A stretch of DNA of 64,000 nucleotides from IMG/VR virus record IMGVR_UViG_3300033402_000312, one strand, 5' to 3'. Made by a program: the position numbers and the translations under genes. Of this stretch, positions 1 to 9,288 are shown piece by piece. This stretch comes from a virus. The notes beneath the pieces were generated by a model. It did no database searches. It was not told the DNA's origin and saw only the letters and a program-made list of their open reading frames with translations. Positions within the stretch are counted from its first letter, which is position 1; every line of letters starts with the position of its first letter.

Positions 1-11
1 GACGAGGTCGA

Positions 12-227
12 ATGGCTATGAACTACGGCGAGGAGATAACGGAAACGTTCCAGCGGGAAAAGCTGGCGGAACTGCTCGCTCAATGTACCGAGGCCAACCG
101 CAGCCTGTTCGCAAAGATGTACCCCGGCGGGCCGCGCAGGGAGCAACTGCCGTGGGCAATCACACAGTGCAAGAACACGCTTGACAAAATGGAGCGTGAA
201 AAACAGGAGATCAGCCATGGCAAGTGA
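12..227 (+). CDS. hypothetical protein (possibly N-terminally truncated by window edge)
   Basis: 71-aa ORF at window start; acidic/helical; no motif recognised. Confidence 0.3.
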   Translation: MAMNYGEEITETFQREKLAELLAQCTEANRSLFAKMYPGGPRREQLPWAITQCKNTLDKMEREKQEISHGK

Positions 228-645
228 GGCATGGAAGGAAAGCATGAGGCGTTTCGGCTTTCTCTTCGTGCTCTTGCTCGCGGTCTTGGCATCTGGCTGC
301 GACACGCGGCACAAGGCGACGGTCTACAAGCTGAAGAACCACCACATCGTCATGAAAGATGACAACGGCAAGTGGTGGGAGTACATTCTCAAGAACGGTA
401 CAGACATCGACTTCGACGTCCCGTACAATGATCGCGGCGAGATGGTGCTCCCCTCGGGGGGCGATTGGCGTCCGGCGACCCAGCAGGAAGAGGAAGAGGT
501 GACCGTCGAGGGCGAAGCCACAAACGCAGAAGAAACCTCGGTTGACGAGAACGATGCCGGTGCGCCTGACGGGGCCGGGGATGTCGGCGGGGACTCTGGC
601 GGCGACTCTGGGGGCGGAGACGGCGGCGGAGGGGGAGATGAGTAA
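217..645 (+). CDS. putative lipoprotein with acidic Gly/Asp-rich C-terminus
   Basis: AGGAGA RBS 8 nt upstream of ATG 217; signal peptide FLFVLLLAVLASGC with lipobox; C-term GDSGGDSGGGDGGGGGDE. Confidence 0.5.
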   Translation: MASEAWKESMRRFGFLFVLLLAVLASGCDTRHKATVYKLKNHHIVMKDDNGKWWEYILKNGTDIDFDVPYNDRGEMVLPSGGDWRPATQQEEEEVTVEGEATNAEETSVDENDAGAPDGAGDVGGDSGGDSGGGDGGGGGDE

Positions 646-1006
646 GGCTGTAGCAGTGATGAAAGCGGTAACCGAATGTGAGCGCCAAGTGCTCCGCGCT
701 GTGCTTTCACGCGGGGGGCAGGAATGGAACGAGTGCCCCTGCGGCTGGTTCTATTCCGGACCCCGTTGCCCCGACAAGGACTGCAAGGAATGGAAAAAAG
801 CCTGGGGCACTAAACGGTTCAGGCTCTACGCCAGCGCTGACAAGGAGACTGCCTATTACATCGGGCGCGACAAGGTGGGGCTGGAGGGGGACGCCCTGAG
901 TCGGTTCTCCCGCTGGGGCGACGAGATCGAGTTCGAAGTTGACATCGACACAGAAACAGGCGACGTTAAGCTGGTCTCCGTGAACGGCCACAAGATTTCC
1001 CCGTAA
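638..1006 (+). CDS. hypothetical protein, Cys-containing (CPCG...CPDKDC)
   Basis: ATG 638 overlaps upstream stop (ATGAGTAA), GGAGGGGGAG RBS; zinc-ribbon-like Cys pairs. Confidence 0.45.
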   Translation: MSKAVAVMKAVTECERQVLRAVLSRGGQEWNECPCGWFYSGPRCPDKDCKEWKKAWGTKRFRLYASADKETAYYIGRDKVGLEGDALSRFSRWGDEIEFEVDIDTETGDVKLVSVNGHKISP

Positions 1007-1043
1007 AAGAACCGACCGGCACGATCCTCGGTATTAAGGATCA

Positions 1044-1292
1044 TTGAGGTGTGCCATTGTGCCGAAAAAGCGACCACGCAGGCTAGCAACACTTACCCCC
1101 GAGCAGGACAAAATCTGGCAGTCCCTCTTCGCCATCGCCGCCAACGACGGCGCGACGGACGAGCAGGCCGACCGCTCCGCATGGGAGGGATTGGTTGAGC
1201 AGTTCCCGGAGCTAGCTCAGTACGACGGAATCGACAACGCCGCGACGGAGGCGTCCACGAATAGCTTCGGAAAGACCAAGCCTGCGTATTAA
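1044..1292 (+). CDS. hypothetical protein
   Basis: 82-aa ORF, non-ATG start in track (TTG 1044 or GTG 1059). Confidence 0.3.
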   Translation: MRCAIVPKKRPRRLATLTPEQDKIWQSLFAIAANDGATDEQADRSAWEGLVEQFPELAQYDGIDNAATEASTNSFGKTKPAY

Positions 1293-1298
1293 ACCGTC

Positions 1299-1814
1299 AT
1301 GGCGCAGGACGTAGGGTTCAAGAAGACCGCCGAAACGGAACACCAGTACAGCACAGGAATGCACCGGGATAACCGTGAGGGCAAGGGGGCCCTCGGTTGG
1401 CTTCCTTGGGATGCTGTCTGGCTCGTCTCCACCATCTACGAGCACGGCAACAAGGGGCGCAGCAGCCGCCCCAACAAGGACGGCAAGGACCGCAACTGGG
1501 AAAACGGCGGCGACATCGACGACTTCTACCAGTCGGCGCTGAACCACATCACAGCCTATCTTGCAGGCGACCGCAGCGAGCCGCATATCCCCCAAGCCAT
1601 CTGGAACCTGCTCAACGGTCTTCAAATGTCCATCTGGGTATTCTTGGGTTTCCGCTCCAAGGAGCACAACAACCTTGTGGATCACCGCCGTGGCTGGAAA
1701 CCGGGCGATAATCCGCCTTGCCCGCTTGCGCCCATTGAGATCGAGCGCCTGAAGTTCCGTGGCGTCATCCCGAAGGATTGCCCGCCAACCGGCACAACGG
1801 CACCAATCAAGTAA
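1299..1814 (+). CDS. DUF5664-like protein (phage dATP/dGTP diphosphohydrolase N-terminal-domain-like)
   Basis: motif GKGALGWLPWDAVWLVSTIYEHGNKGRS...NW recalled from phage DUF5664 family; 171 aa. Confidence 0.45.
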   Translation: MAQDVGFKKTAETEHQYSTGMHRDNREGKGALGWLPWDAVWLVSTIYEHGNKGRSSRPNKDGKDRNWENGGDIDDFYQSALNHITAYLAGDRSEPHIPQAIWNLLNGLQMSIWVFLGFRSKEHNNLVDHRRGWKPGDNPPCPLAPIEIERLKFRGVIPKDCPPTGTTAPIK

Positions 1815-1853
1815 AGTTTTCTCTGATTTTAAGACCTTTTGTAGGACTTAGAA

Positions 1854-2759
1854 ATGCCATCCCTTCTTGAAAAGCTTTCCTATTTCGACCTTGAAACCGG
1901 GGGTACCTTCGTTATTGCCGGAGACAGTTTTCTCTGGAAAGAAGGCAAAAAGGTACCGGAAGATTCCAAAGCGACGAAGTTGGTGCAACGGTATGGTTGG
2001 ACGTTGAAATCGGGCGATGACCTGTGGTTGGTCTTCAGGCAAAAGGGCAACCGGGGCGAGCTTACTGTGATACGCGGAAGCAGGGGCTGGATTTATAGTC
2101 TGCCGGGCCGAGATATAGCCATGAAGGGCGAGGGGCTGGACAGCCTATACGACGCCCTTGAGAAAGGCATGCTCACCGAGGCTTTTGCCAAGGCAGCTTG
2201 CATCAAGGCGGAGTTTTGCCCGCAGTGCGGCTGGGACGCGGAGCGCTGCCGCTGCCCCAACAAAGCGGATTTGCTGGACGGAAAAACCCGCGCCGACCAC
2301 CTTGCCTCAAAGTTATTCCAGGCGCGGGAAGCCATGCACGACGACTCCGGCGCTCTGACGGGCCTGCGCCGCCGACCGGATTACGGCGAGTCCGACTCCT
2401 ATTCCGTCGAGATGAACGAGGCGAATTCCAAGGGGGCATGCCTGATCCTCGACGGGGGCGTCAAGACGGCATCCGGTGCTAAGAAAGCGGAACTGTACGT
2501 CACCTCGGTCGAGTACGAGCGCGGATGCGCCCTCAAGCTCGCCAGCTTCCGGTACAGCCCAAACCCGGTGCAAGCCAAGGTCTTCGGGCGTCGCATCGCA
2601 GAGAACCTTGCAAGGCAGGTTCGCGGCCTGTGCGGGGCGGTTGCCCACGTTATTGAAGCGTCTGACATCGTCTTTCGCGCCGCACAAGTGCGTCCAACAT
2701 CTTATCAAAGTCGGCGTCAGGTAACGCCCCCCGCGCTCGATTGTATACCCAGCAAGTGA
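1854..2759 (+). CDS. hypothetical protein
   Basis: 301-aa ORF; CPQCGWDAERCRCP zinc-ribbon-like segment. Confidence 0.45.
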   Translation: MPSLLEKLSYFDLETGGTFVIAGDSFLWKEGKKVPEDSKATKLVQRYGWTLKSGDDLWLVFRQKGNRGELTVIRGSRGWIYSLPGRDIAMKGEGLDSLYDALEKGMLTEAFAKAACIKAEFCPQCGWDAERCRCPNKADLLDGKTRADHLASKLFQAREAMHDDSGALTGLRRRPDYGESDSYSVEMNEANSKGACLILDGGVKTASGAKKAELYVTSVEYERGCALKLASFRYSPNPVQAKVFGRRIAENLARQVRGLCGAVAHVIEASDIVFRAAQVRPTSYQSRRQVTPPALDCIPSK

Positions 2760-2840
2760 CGCGGACGTTCTCGGGCTATAGGCCCCGATTGATCTCTACG
2801 GTCGAGAGGGTCCTTTGGTTAGCCAAATCCCCCATCGCGG

Positions 2841-2849
2841 CTGTATACT
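2841..2849 (+). promoter_or_regulatory. extended -10 element CTGTATACT upstream of ORF 2856 (no clear -35)
   Basis: same 9-mer as the four other copies. Confidence 0.3.
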
Positions 2850-2855
2850 TGGGGC

Positions 2856-3353
2856 ATGAGCGGGTTGACATTCGAGAAGTGGTGGGAAGAAAATTACTGG
2901 CGGTTTTGCGGCGAGGTCACGAGCCAGCATGTGAAGATCGCCTGGGATGCTGCGCTTGGCATGCTTCTGGTGGTGGAGGGCGACTACAACGACGCGGACT
3001 ACATTGTCAGCGTTGCGCCTGTCACCGAGGAAAAACTTGAGAAGTTCCTGCCGTTGATCGAAGCCATCAAAAATTTCAAACCCTACACGATAACCTCACG
3101 CGGGTATGCAGGCGAGGGCGAGAAGCCTTTGTCGTGGACTCACAAACACAACTGGCCCTGCGGCGAATACGGCTGCCGCCAAGACTTGGGGGAAAAGCCC
3201 ATCACGGAACTGTACCCCGAAATCGACGCGGGGATTGTCGAGGAGTTCGACCAAGAGTACGTGCCGCACAATGAGGACGGAAACGTCCATACAATCGAGA
3301 AGATTTTCACCGTGAGATTTGATAGACTCATATTTGAGCACGCAGGCAAATGA
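2856..3353 (+). CDS. hypothetical protein
   Basis: 165-aa ORF preceded by CTGTATACT extended -10 element. Confidence 0.5.
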   Translation: MSGLTFEKWWEENYWRFCGEVTSQHVKIAWDAALGMLLVVEGDYNDADYIVSVAPVTEEKLEKFLPLIEAIKNFKPYTITSRGYAGEGEKPLSWTHKHNWPCGEYGCRQDLGEKPITELYPEIDAGIVEEFDQEYVPHNEDGNVHTIEKIFTVRFDRLIFEHAGK

Positions 3354-4003
3354 GTCTCCTTGACCAAGCCATAGAGCTTGCCGTCACCGCCCATGCTGGG
3401 CAAACAGATGAAGATGGCATGCCGCGTGTCATCCACGCTTTGGAAGTGATGTTCGGGGCGAAAAAAGCTATCGAGACTAGCAGAACGTACGAAGGGCATT
3501 CCGCCCAAGAAACCCCGAATTATACCGGCACCGTGGAAGACCTGATGATCGCTGCTGTGCTCCACGATACCGTCGAGGACTCGTTCGTCACGCTACCTCT
3601 CATCGAAGTGCAATTCGGCAAGCATGTCCGCGACATGGTGGACGGTGTCACCCGGCGCGGCTTGGGCAAAGGCGAAACCAAGGAGTTTTACCGCGACTTC
3701 ATTTACCGGGCGAAAACAAACCCCGGCTCTCGCATCATCAAGATCGCTGACCTGATGCACAATTATGGGCGCTCCCATAAGATCAAAAAGGCAAGCTGGC
3801 GGAACAAGCTGATGTTCAAGTACAACGTCGCGCTGTCCGTCTTGAAAGATGCCGACCAGCCGACATGGGAGCAGGCTTCCTCTTCCGTGCAGCTTGACGG
3901 GTCGCATGCCCGCTATTTCATTGCCGACCCAGACGGCAAGAGGATCGAAGTCGCCGAAGAAGAATTCAGACGCTTATATGCAAAGCGGCCGAAGAACCCA
4001 TAG
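3350..4003 (+). CDS. HD-domain (p)ppGpp hydrolase-like protein (RelA/SpoT hydrolase-domain family)
   Basis: motifs HALEV, AAVLHDTVED, FG..V...VDGVTR typical of RelA/SpoT HD hydrolase domain; ATGA overlap with upstream gene. Confidence 0.7.
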   Translation: MSLLDQAIELAVTAHAGQTDEDGMPRVIHALEVMFGAKKAIETSRTYEGHSAQETPNYTGTVEDLMIAAVLHDTVEDSFVTLPLIEVQFGKHVRDMVDGVTRRGLGKGETKEFYRDFIYRAKTNPGSRIIKIADLMHNYGRSHKIKKASWRNKLMFKYNVALSVLKDADQPTWEQASSSVQLDGSHARYFIADPDGKRIEVAEEEFRRLYAKRPKNP

Positions 4004-4071
4004 GGTCGGCTTAATTTCTTTACCAGTCCCCGTTTCGTGCTAGTATTGCACCTAAGTTGCCGGGAGAAGCG

Positions 4072-5649
4072 ATGACTTCACAGGAAGAAAGGCTTCTCAA
4101 CAAAGCCCGCGAGAAGCTTGAGGAGCAGCAGGAACTCCTCAAGCGCCTGACCGCCTCGGCGTACCATCTGGGCGTCGTTGTCGCCGTGTTCAAAGACCGC
4201 GTGGTCGTGGACACGGGGAACCAGCTTTTCGAACTCAACAAAGTCGAATCCTCGCTCGACGTCAAGGTCGGTCAGCCGGTTGACATACACCCCACGACGG
4301 GGCAGATCGTCAAGACCTCTGAATACGTCGCCTTCGGAGCTACCGGGAAAGTCACGGCAATCGACGGCGACCTCATCCAAATCAATACCCCCTACGGTCT
4401 TATCACCACGCGTGATTCAATGGTCGGTGGGGTGAATGTAGGCGACAAGGTCGTGCTGAACAGCACGAACCATGTCATCATGCACAAGCTGCCGGAGACG
4501 TCGCAGTACATCTTCAAAACCCAATCCGTTTTGAACTGGGACGACATTGGGGCGCAGGATGACGCAAAGAAAGAGCTTATCTCCGCGCTGGAAACCCCGT
4601 TCGAACATGAGGCCCTGTACAAGTTCTTCAACAAGCAGCGCATCAAGGGCTGCCTGCTTTGGGGACGCCCCGGCAACGGCAAGACGCTCCTCGGCCGCGC
4701 AGCGGCGGGATCGCTCGCCCGAATACACGGCAAGGATGCAACGGAGTCGGGTTTCATCTACATCAAGGGGCCGGAAATCCTCGACAAGTATGTCGGAGAG
4801 ACCGAGCAGCGGATCAGCGAAGCTTTCGACTTTGGCATAGCGCACTTCAAGAAGCACGGTTACCCGGCAGTGCTGTTCCTCGACGAAGCGGACGCCATCC
4901 TTGTCCGGCGCGGCATGCGTACGACATCCGGCATGGAGCAGACCATTGTGCCGATGTTCAATGCACGCATGGACGGCATCGAGGACAGTGGGGTGTTCGT
5001 GATCCTTGCGACCAACCGCGCCGACATCCTTGACCCGGCTATCGTCCGTCCGGGCCGCATCGACCGCAAGATTCACGTTGCGCCTCCTACCAAGGAAAAC
5101 GCGCCGAGCATCTTCGAGATACACATGCGTAATGTCCCTGTAGCCAAGGGCATGAGCAAGGAACAGCTAATCGCGGCGACTGTGGATTCCCTCTACAGTG
5201 ACAAGTTTCCCCTGTACTACATCGAAACCAAAAAGAATGAGCGCTTGGTATTTGGTCTCGGCAACCTTGCGTCCGGCGCTCTCATCGCTGGGGTTGTGGA
5301 ACGGGCGTCCGCCATCGCCATCGCCCGCGTGATCACCCAGCATGTTGCTGACGGTGCGGATTACAAGGCCGTTAAAAAGCTCGCCGATGACGTCGATGCT
5401 TTAGGGAAAGTTCTCGGGCTGACGCAATCGGATTTCGACAGTGCCCTAGTCGTCATGCACAAAGAGCAGTATGGCATAAACCATTTTGACGAGCTTAGCG
5501 AGTTTGTCGAGATGGGCAAGCTGGACGTGACGTCCATTGAGCAATGCCACACCGGGCAGCGCGTGGAAACAAAGCGCGAGGAGCGCCGTCAGGTGCAGGA
5601 GACAGCGATAGTGATCCCGGTCCCGACTTCCAAGTCGAAGTTGAATTGA
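4072..5649 (+). CDS. proteasomal-type AAA ATPase (PAN/Mpa/ARC-like: coiled coil + OB fold(s) + AAA)
   Basis: N-term coiled coil; OB segment ending VGDKVVLN...HKLPE (PAN/Rpt-like); Walker A GRPGNGKT, Walker B VLFLDEAD, second region of homology (SRH) ATNRADILDPAIVRPGRIDRKI. Confidence 0.75.
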   Translation: MTSQEERLLNKAREKLEEQQELLKRLTASAYHLGVVVAVFKDRVVVDTGNQLFELNKVESSLDVKVGQPVDIHPTTGQIVKTSEYVAFGATGKVTAIDGDLIQINTPYGLITTRDSMVGGVNVGDKVVLNSTNHVIMHKLPETSQYIFKTQSVLNWDDIGAQDDAKKELISALETPFEHEALYKFFNKQRIKGCLLWGRPGNGKTLLGRAAAGSLARIHGKDATESGFIYIKGPEILDKYVGETEQRISEAFDFGIAHFKKHGYPAVLFLDEADAILVRRGMRTTSGMEQTIVPMFNARMDGIEDSGVFVILATNRADILDPAIVRPGRIDRKIHVAPPTKENAPSIFEIHMRNVPVAKGMSKEQLIAATVDSLYSDKFPLYYIETKKNERLVFGLGNLASGALIAGVVERASAIAIARVITQHVADGADYKAVKKLADDVDALGKVLGLTQSDFDSALVVMHKEQYGINHFDELSEFVEMGKLDVTSIEQCHTGQRVETKREERRQVQETAIVIPVPTSKSKLN

Positions 5650-5697
5650 GATGCATGATTTTGCTACCCACATCCGGTACCATGCGGAGCTTGGCTG

Positions 5698-5904
5698 ATG
5701 CCTCAGAGAAGAATTGAAAGACCGCAGGAGAAGAAGCCCAGACCGCAGGACAACACTGGACCTAAGACCGACCTCGAAATCGACATCGGCGAAGTGGATG
5801 ACATCTTGAAGGAGATGGACATCATCGAACACCCCGAGAAGTACACGAAGGAACAGCGCGAGTGTGGCTGCTTCACCCCGTCGAAAGGGGGCGGTTTCCG
5901 TTAA
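5698..5904 (+). CDS. Pup/UBact-like small protein (candidate prokaryotic ubiquitin-like tag)
   Basis: 68 aa, disordered basic N-term, C-terminal EVDDILKEMDIIEH...KGGG resembles Pup ETDDLLDEIDDVLEEN...KGGQ; directly downstream of Mpa-like ATPase. Confidence 0.4.
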   Translation: MPQRRIERPQEKKPRPQDNTGPKTDLEIDIGEVDDILKEMDIIEHPEKYTKEQRECGCFTPSKGGGFR

Positions 5905-6248
5905 TGAGGAAAATTCGTGAAGAACGGTTTGACGGGATCGTCGGCCTTAAGATGCCAAAGATGGGCAGCATCACGCCTAAGAATATCGAAGTGCCGGAAA
6001 TAGGCGATTTGCTCGGCAAGATAAGAGCGGCGGTGTTAGCTCCAAGCCTTACTAGCCTTGACCTTACCGACTTCAAAAACTCATGGAATTATAGGACTTC
6101 CTTTGATTTTGAAACCAAGCCTGAGCAAGGTGGTCGCTGTCGCTACGGATGCGGCTGCCTGCCCTGTCGTTGTGGGGATTGCGGTAACTGTACCGTGGAT
6201 GCACAACGCGAAACTGCCTGGGATGCAGCACAAAGGGGTAAGTTATGA
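5904..6248 (+). CDS. hypothetical Cys-rich protein
   Basis: TAATG stop-start overlap with Pup-like ORF; C-term GGRCRYGCGCLPCRCGDCGNC. Confidence 0.4.
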   Translation: MRKIREERFDGIVGLKMPKMGSITPKNIEVPEIGDLLGKIRAAVLAPSLTSLDLTDFKNSWNYRTSFDFETKPEQGGRCRYGCGCLPCRCGDCGNCTVDAQRETAWDAAQRGKL

Positions 6249-6613
6249 GCGACTGCGTGAGTATCACGCTGTTCCGCGTGATAATGATCGGCGTTGCGAC
6301 CGGGGCGATCAGCCTGTTCATCACCAAGTCCGCCCTGCTCAACCCGTTCCATGCCTGGCTGGAAAAGCAGTCGCCGTTCCTTGAAGAGATGCTTTCCTGC
6401 CCGTGGTGTACTAGCCACTGGGTCGGCGCGTTCTTCCTGCTGGTGTATCAGCCGTGGCTTCTCGACGGCTGGCGTCCGGCGTGGACGTACGCTAGCTGGC
6501 TCAACCTCCTCCTGACCCCCGTGGATTGGCTCGTGACCCTGATGGTGGTAGTCACCGTCGCGGCAATAACGGCACGGGTCATCTATAGCGCCCACAAGCC
6601 GCTTATGGGGTAA
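6245..6613 (+). CDS. DUF1360-like membrane protein
   Basis: hydrophobic helices, SCPWCTSHW motif typical of DUF1360. Confidence 0.5.
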   Translation: MSDCVSITLFRVIMIGVATGAISLFITKSALLNPFHAWLEKQSPFLEEMLSCPWCTSHWVGAFFLLVYQPWLLDGWRPAWTYASWLNLLLTPVDWLVTLMVVVTVAAITARVIYSAHKPLMG

Positions 6614-6620
6614 TAGACTC

Positions 6621-7733
6621 ATGACGCATCCCATCCTTTACAAGAAAACCAGCACCGGGGCGATCCAGTATTGGCTGATCAGCGCCGAAGGCAATCAAAT
6701 CATGACCACCTACGGTCAGGTCGGCACCGATTCGCCCCAAACCACGTTTGACACCATCAAGGAGGGCAAGAACGCCGGGCGGGCCAACGCGACCACCCCC
6801 GAGCAGCAGGCGCAAGCCGAGGCGAAGGCGAAGTGGACAAAGCAGCTTAAGAAAGGCTACGTCAAGACGCAGGCGGAGGCGGAGGCAGGGACGGTTGACG
6901 CGATCATCGAAGGAGGCATCCTGCCGATGCTCGCGCACAAGCATTCCGAGCACGCCAAGAAGATCAAATTCCCGTGCTTTGGGCAGCCGAAGTTCGATGG
7001 CATCCGCTGCACCGCGATCAAGAAGGACGGCGTTGTCTCCCTCTGGTCGCGCACCCGCAAGCCGATCAAGTCCGTGCCGCACATCGCCAGAGCCGTCGAG
7101 ACAATCCCCGGCGACTTCATCCTTGACGGCGAGCTTTACAACCACGACTACCGGCAGGACTTTGACACCATCGTCGAGCTTGTCCGCCCGGACGAGCCGG
7201 TCGAGGGGCACGAGGCAGTGCAGTACCACGTGTATGACACCGCGAATGACCAGCCGTTCAAGGAGCGCAACGACTGGCTGATCGACAAACTCGACAGGTC
7301 ATATCTCTTTGGCATCATCGTCCGCGCCGAGACCCATATCGTGAATTCTGCCGACGAAGTCGAGGCTTTCCATGAGCTTATGCTGACGCACGGCTACGAA
7401 GGCGCGATGCTCCGCAACGCTGACGCCCCGTACGTCAACAGGCGCAGCTACGACCTCCAGAAGGTCAAGAAGTTCGTGGACGCCGAGTTCGAGATCGTGG
7501 GCTTCGAGGAGGGGCGCGGCCGCCTGCAAGGGCACATCGGGAGCTTCGTGTGCAAGACGAAGGACGGCAAGCTGTTCAAGGCGAAGCAGAAGGGCAAGCT
7601 CTCCAAGCTCAAGGAGTACTTTGATGACCACTCACTTTGGCAGGGCAAAAAGCTGACTGTGCAGTACCAAAACCTTACCCCGGATGGCATCCCGCGTTTC
7701 CCAGTCGGCAAGGCGATCCGCGATTACGAATAA
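6621..7733 (+). CDS. lig: ATP-dependent DNA ligase
   Basis: adenylation motif I KFDGIRC (KxDG); size/organisation of phage ATP ligases. Confidence 0.75.
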   Translation: MTHPILYKKTSTGAIQYWLISAEGNQIMTTYGQVGTDSPQTTFDTIKEGKNAGRANATTPEQQAQAEAKAKWTKQLKKGYVKTQAEAEAGTVDAIIEGGILPMLAHKHSEHAKKIKFPCFGQPKFDGIRCTAIKKDGVVSLWSRTRKPIKSVPHIARAVETIPGDFILDGELYNHDYRQDFDTIVELVRPDEPVEGHEAVQYHVYDTANDQPFKERNDWLIDKLDRSYLFGIIVRAETHIVNSADEVEAFHELMLTHGYEGAMLRNADAPYVNRRSYDLQKVKKFVDAEFEIVGFEEGRGRLQGHIGSFVCKTKDGKLFKAKQKGKLSKLKEYFDDHSLWQGKKLTVQYQNLTPDGIPRFPVGKAIRDYE

Positions 7734-7776
7734 ATAAAAACAGAGCCGAAAAGCCAAAATCCGGCATCAAAGGGTT

Positions 7777-8517
7777 ATGGGCGATCCCGCGAAAACCAAG
7801 GTACAGGTGTTTGTTTGGGACGAGCACGAAGAGCCGCAGGAGCTTCACGGCTCCTCCCTTGAAACGGTCTTTGAGGTTGTGCTGGCCGGTTGGCTCAAAG
7901 TCAAAGAATACGGGAAAGTCCGAAGGGTTTACCCGACCGGGGAGCTTGCCATATACTACCGCGCTTTCACCGACGAGCATCGGGGCCGCCAGATCGTCAG
8001 CGGTGTCAGCCTAGCCGAACTGGACGCCGCCTACCAAGAACGGAAAAAGCAGTGCACCCTGAAGGTTTTCACCCCCGCTGAGCTTTACGCCCTAAAGCCT
8101 GTTCGAATAGACTACGATCCCTGGCTCACGGTTAGCGTGCATCTCTCCGAGGATGTCAGCCACTTTGACCTTGACTTCGACGCTGTCGAGAAAACGCAGC
8201 GCGTGGAAATCCGCACTTTAGCTGACCACGACTACGACGGCAGGCGCGTCTGGACTCTCCAGACAGTCTGGTTTGACAACAAGCCCGTGATGGTGGTAAA
8301 CAGTTCTGGAAGGGACGGCGACGAGTACCATGAGCGCTGGATCACGGATGCCCAGCTTTTCGGGGAGCTTGTGACGTTTCTGAGGACATTCACGCCTCAG
8401 CGGGACGTGGACGGGTTCGTGAAGGCCGATGCGAAAATCCCCGGCATGACCGAGTTCTATAACCATACGATTCATGATTACTACGACGTCGAGGCTCAGA
8501 GGCCTAAAAAACCGTAG
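7777..8517 (+). CDS. hypothetical protein
   Basis: 246-aa ORF. Confidence 0.45.
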   Translation: MGDPAKTKVQVFVWDEHEEPQELHGSSLETVFEVVLAGWLKVKEYGKVRRVYPTGELAIYYRAFTDEHRGRQIVSGVSLAELDAAYQERKKQCTLKVFTPAELYALKPVRIDYDPWLTVSVHLSEDVSHFDLDFDAVEKTQRVEIRTLADHDYDGRRVWTLQTVWFDNKPVMVVNSSGRDGDEYHERWITDAQLFGELVTFLRTFTPQRDVDGFVKADAKIPGMTEFYNHTIHDYYDVEAQRPKKP

Positions 8518-8573
8518 AATCTTGCACCGTTTTGCTGTATGATCGAATCTTGCATGATATAGGAGCATACGAC

Positions 8574-9236
8574 ATGTCCATCAAACAACTGATTCACCAA
8601 GCGAAGAGCCTCGTGGTCGAGGACGATGCGCCGGCCCCGCATGCCGCCGCTCCGACGACCTCGTCGCACCCAGCATTCAACTTGTCTCCGGCGTTTTCAA
8701 CCGGGACGGGCGCGGCGGCGGCCCCGGCCCCTGTCGATTCTCCGTTCTCGGTTCCGAGCACGCCCGTTCTCGACGAAAAGGTCTACAAGTCCGTTCTTGC
8801 CAAGACAAACTTCAACACCACTCCGGTTGGCACGACGATCATCAAATACTACGATGCCCTCGAAGGCATGATCGCCGACCAGAGCGCCCGCTTCAAGGCA
8901 GCCATCAAGCAGGCGCAGAAACTCGACAACATCACTCCCGACCAAGTTCTCGGCGTGTTCGATCAGCTTTCAGCGGCGCTGGACAAAGACGCGGCAAGCT
9001 TTCAGAAAGTCGCAGACAGCGTGCAAGCGACCCAAATCACAGCCCGTCAGACCAAGATCGCCAGCCTCCAGCAGCAAGTTGAGGCTTTCAACAACCAGAT
9101 CAATCAGCTTCAGATGGAGTTGGCATCGGAAACAGCTAACCATGCCAACGCGGTGACGCAGTACGGCTTGGCGCAACAGCGCCGGGCGCAAGAGATCGCG
9201 GCACAGAAAGCGCAAGTCGCCACCCTGCTTCGATGA
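8574..9236 (+). CDS. hypothetical coiled-coil protein
   Basis: AGGAG RBS before ATG 8574; Ala/Pro-rich linker then Q-rich coiled coil. Confidence 0.45.
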   Translation: MSIKQLIHQAKSLVVEDDAPAPHAAAPTTSSHPAFNLSPAFSTGTGAAAAPAPVDSPFSVPSTPVLDEKVYKSVLAKTNFNTTPVGTTIIKYYDALEGMIADQSARFKAAIKQAQKLDNITPDQVLGVFDQLSAALDKDAASFQKVADSVQATQITARQTKIASLQQQVEAFNNQINQLQMELASETANHANAVTQYGLAQQRRAQEIAAQKAQVATLLR

Positions 9237-9288
9237 GGGTTCGAAGGATCAATAAAGATTCAAGTACAAAACTGAAAGGAAAACAGAC

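Noticed and set aside
6748-7281. Arg/Ser/Pro-rich 177-aa ORF inside the DNA ligase gene
   Set aside because: Alternate frame of a high-GC gene; its low-complexity RS/RP composition is typical of out-of-frame translation.
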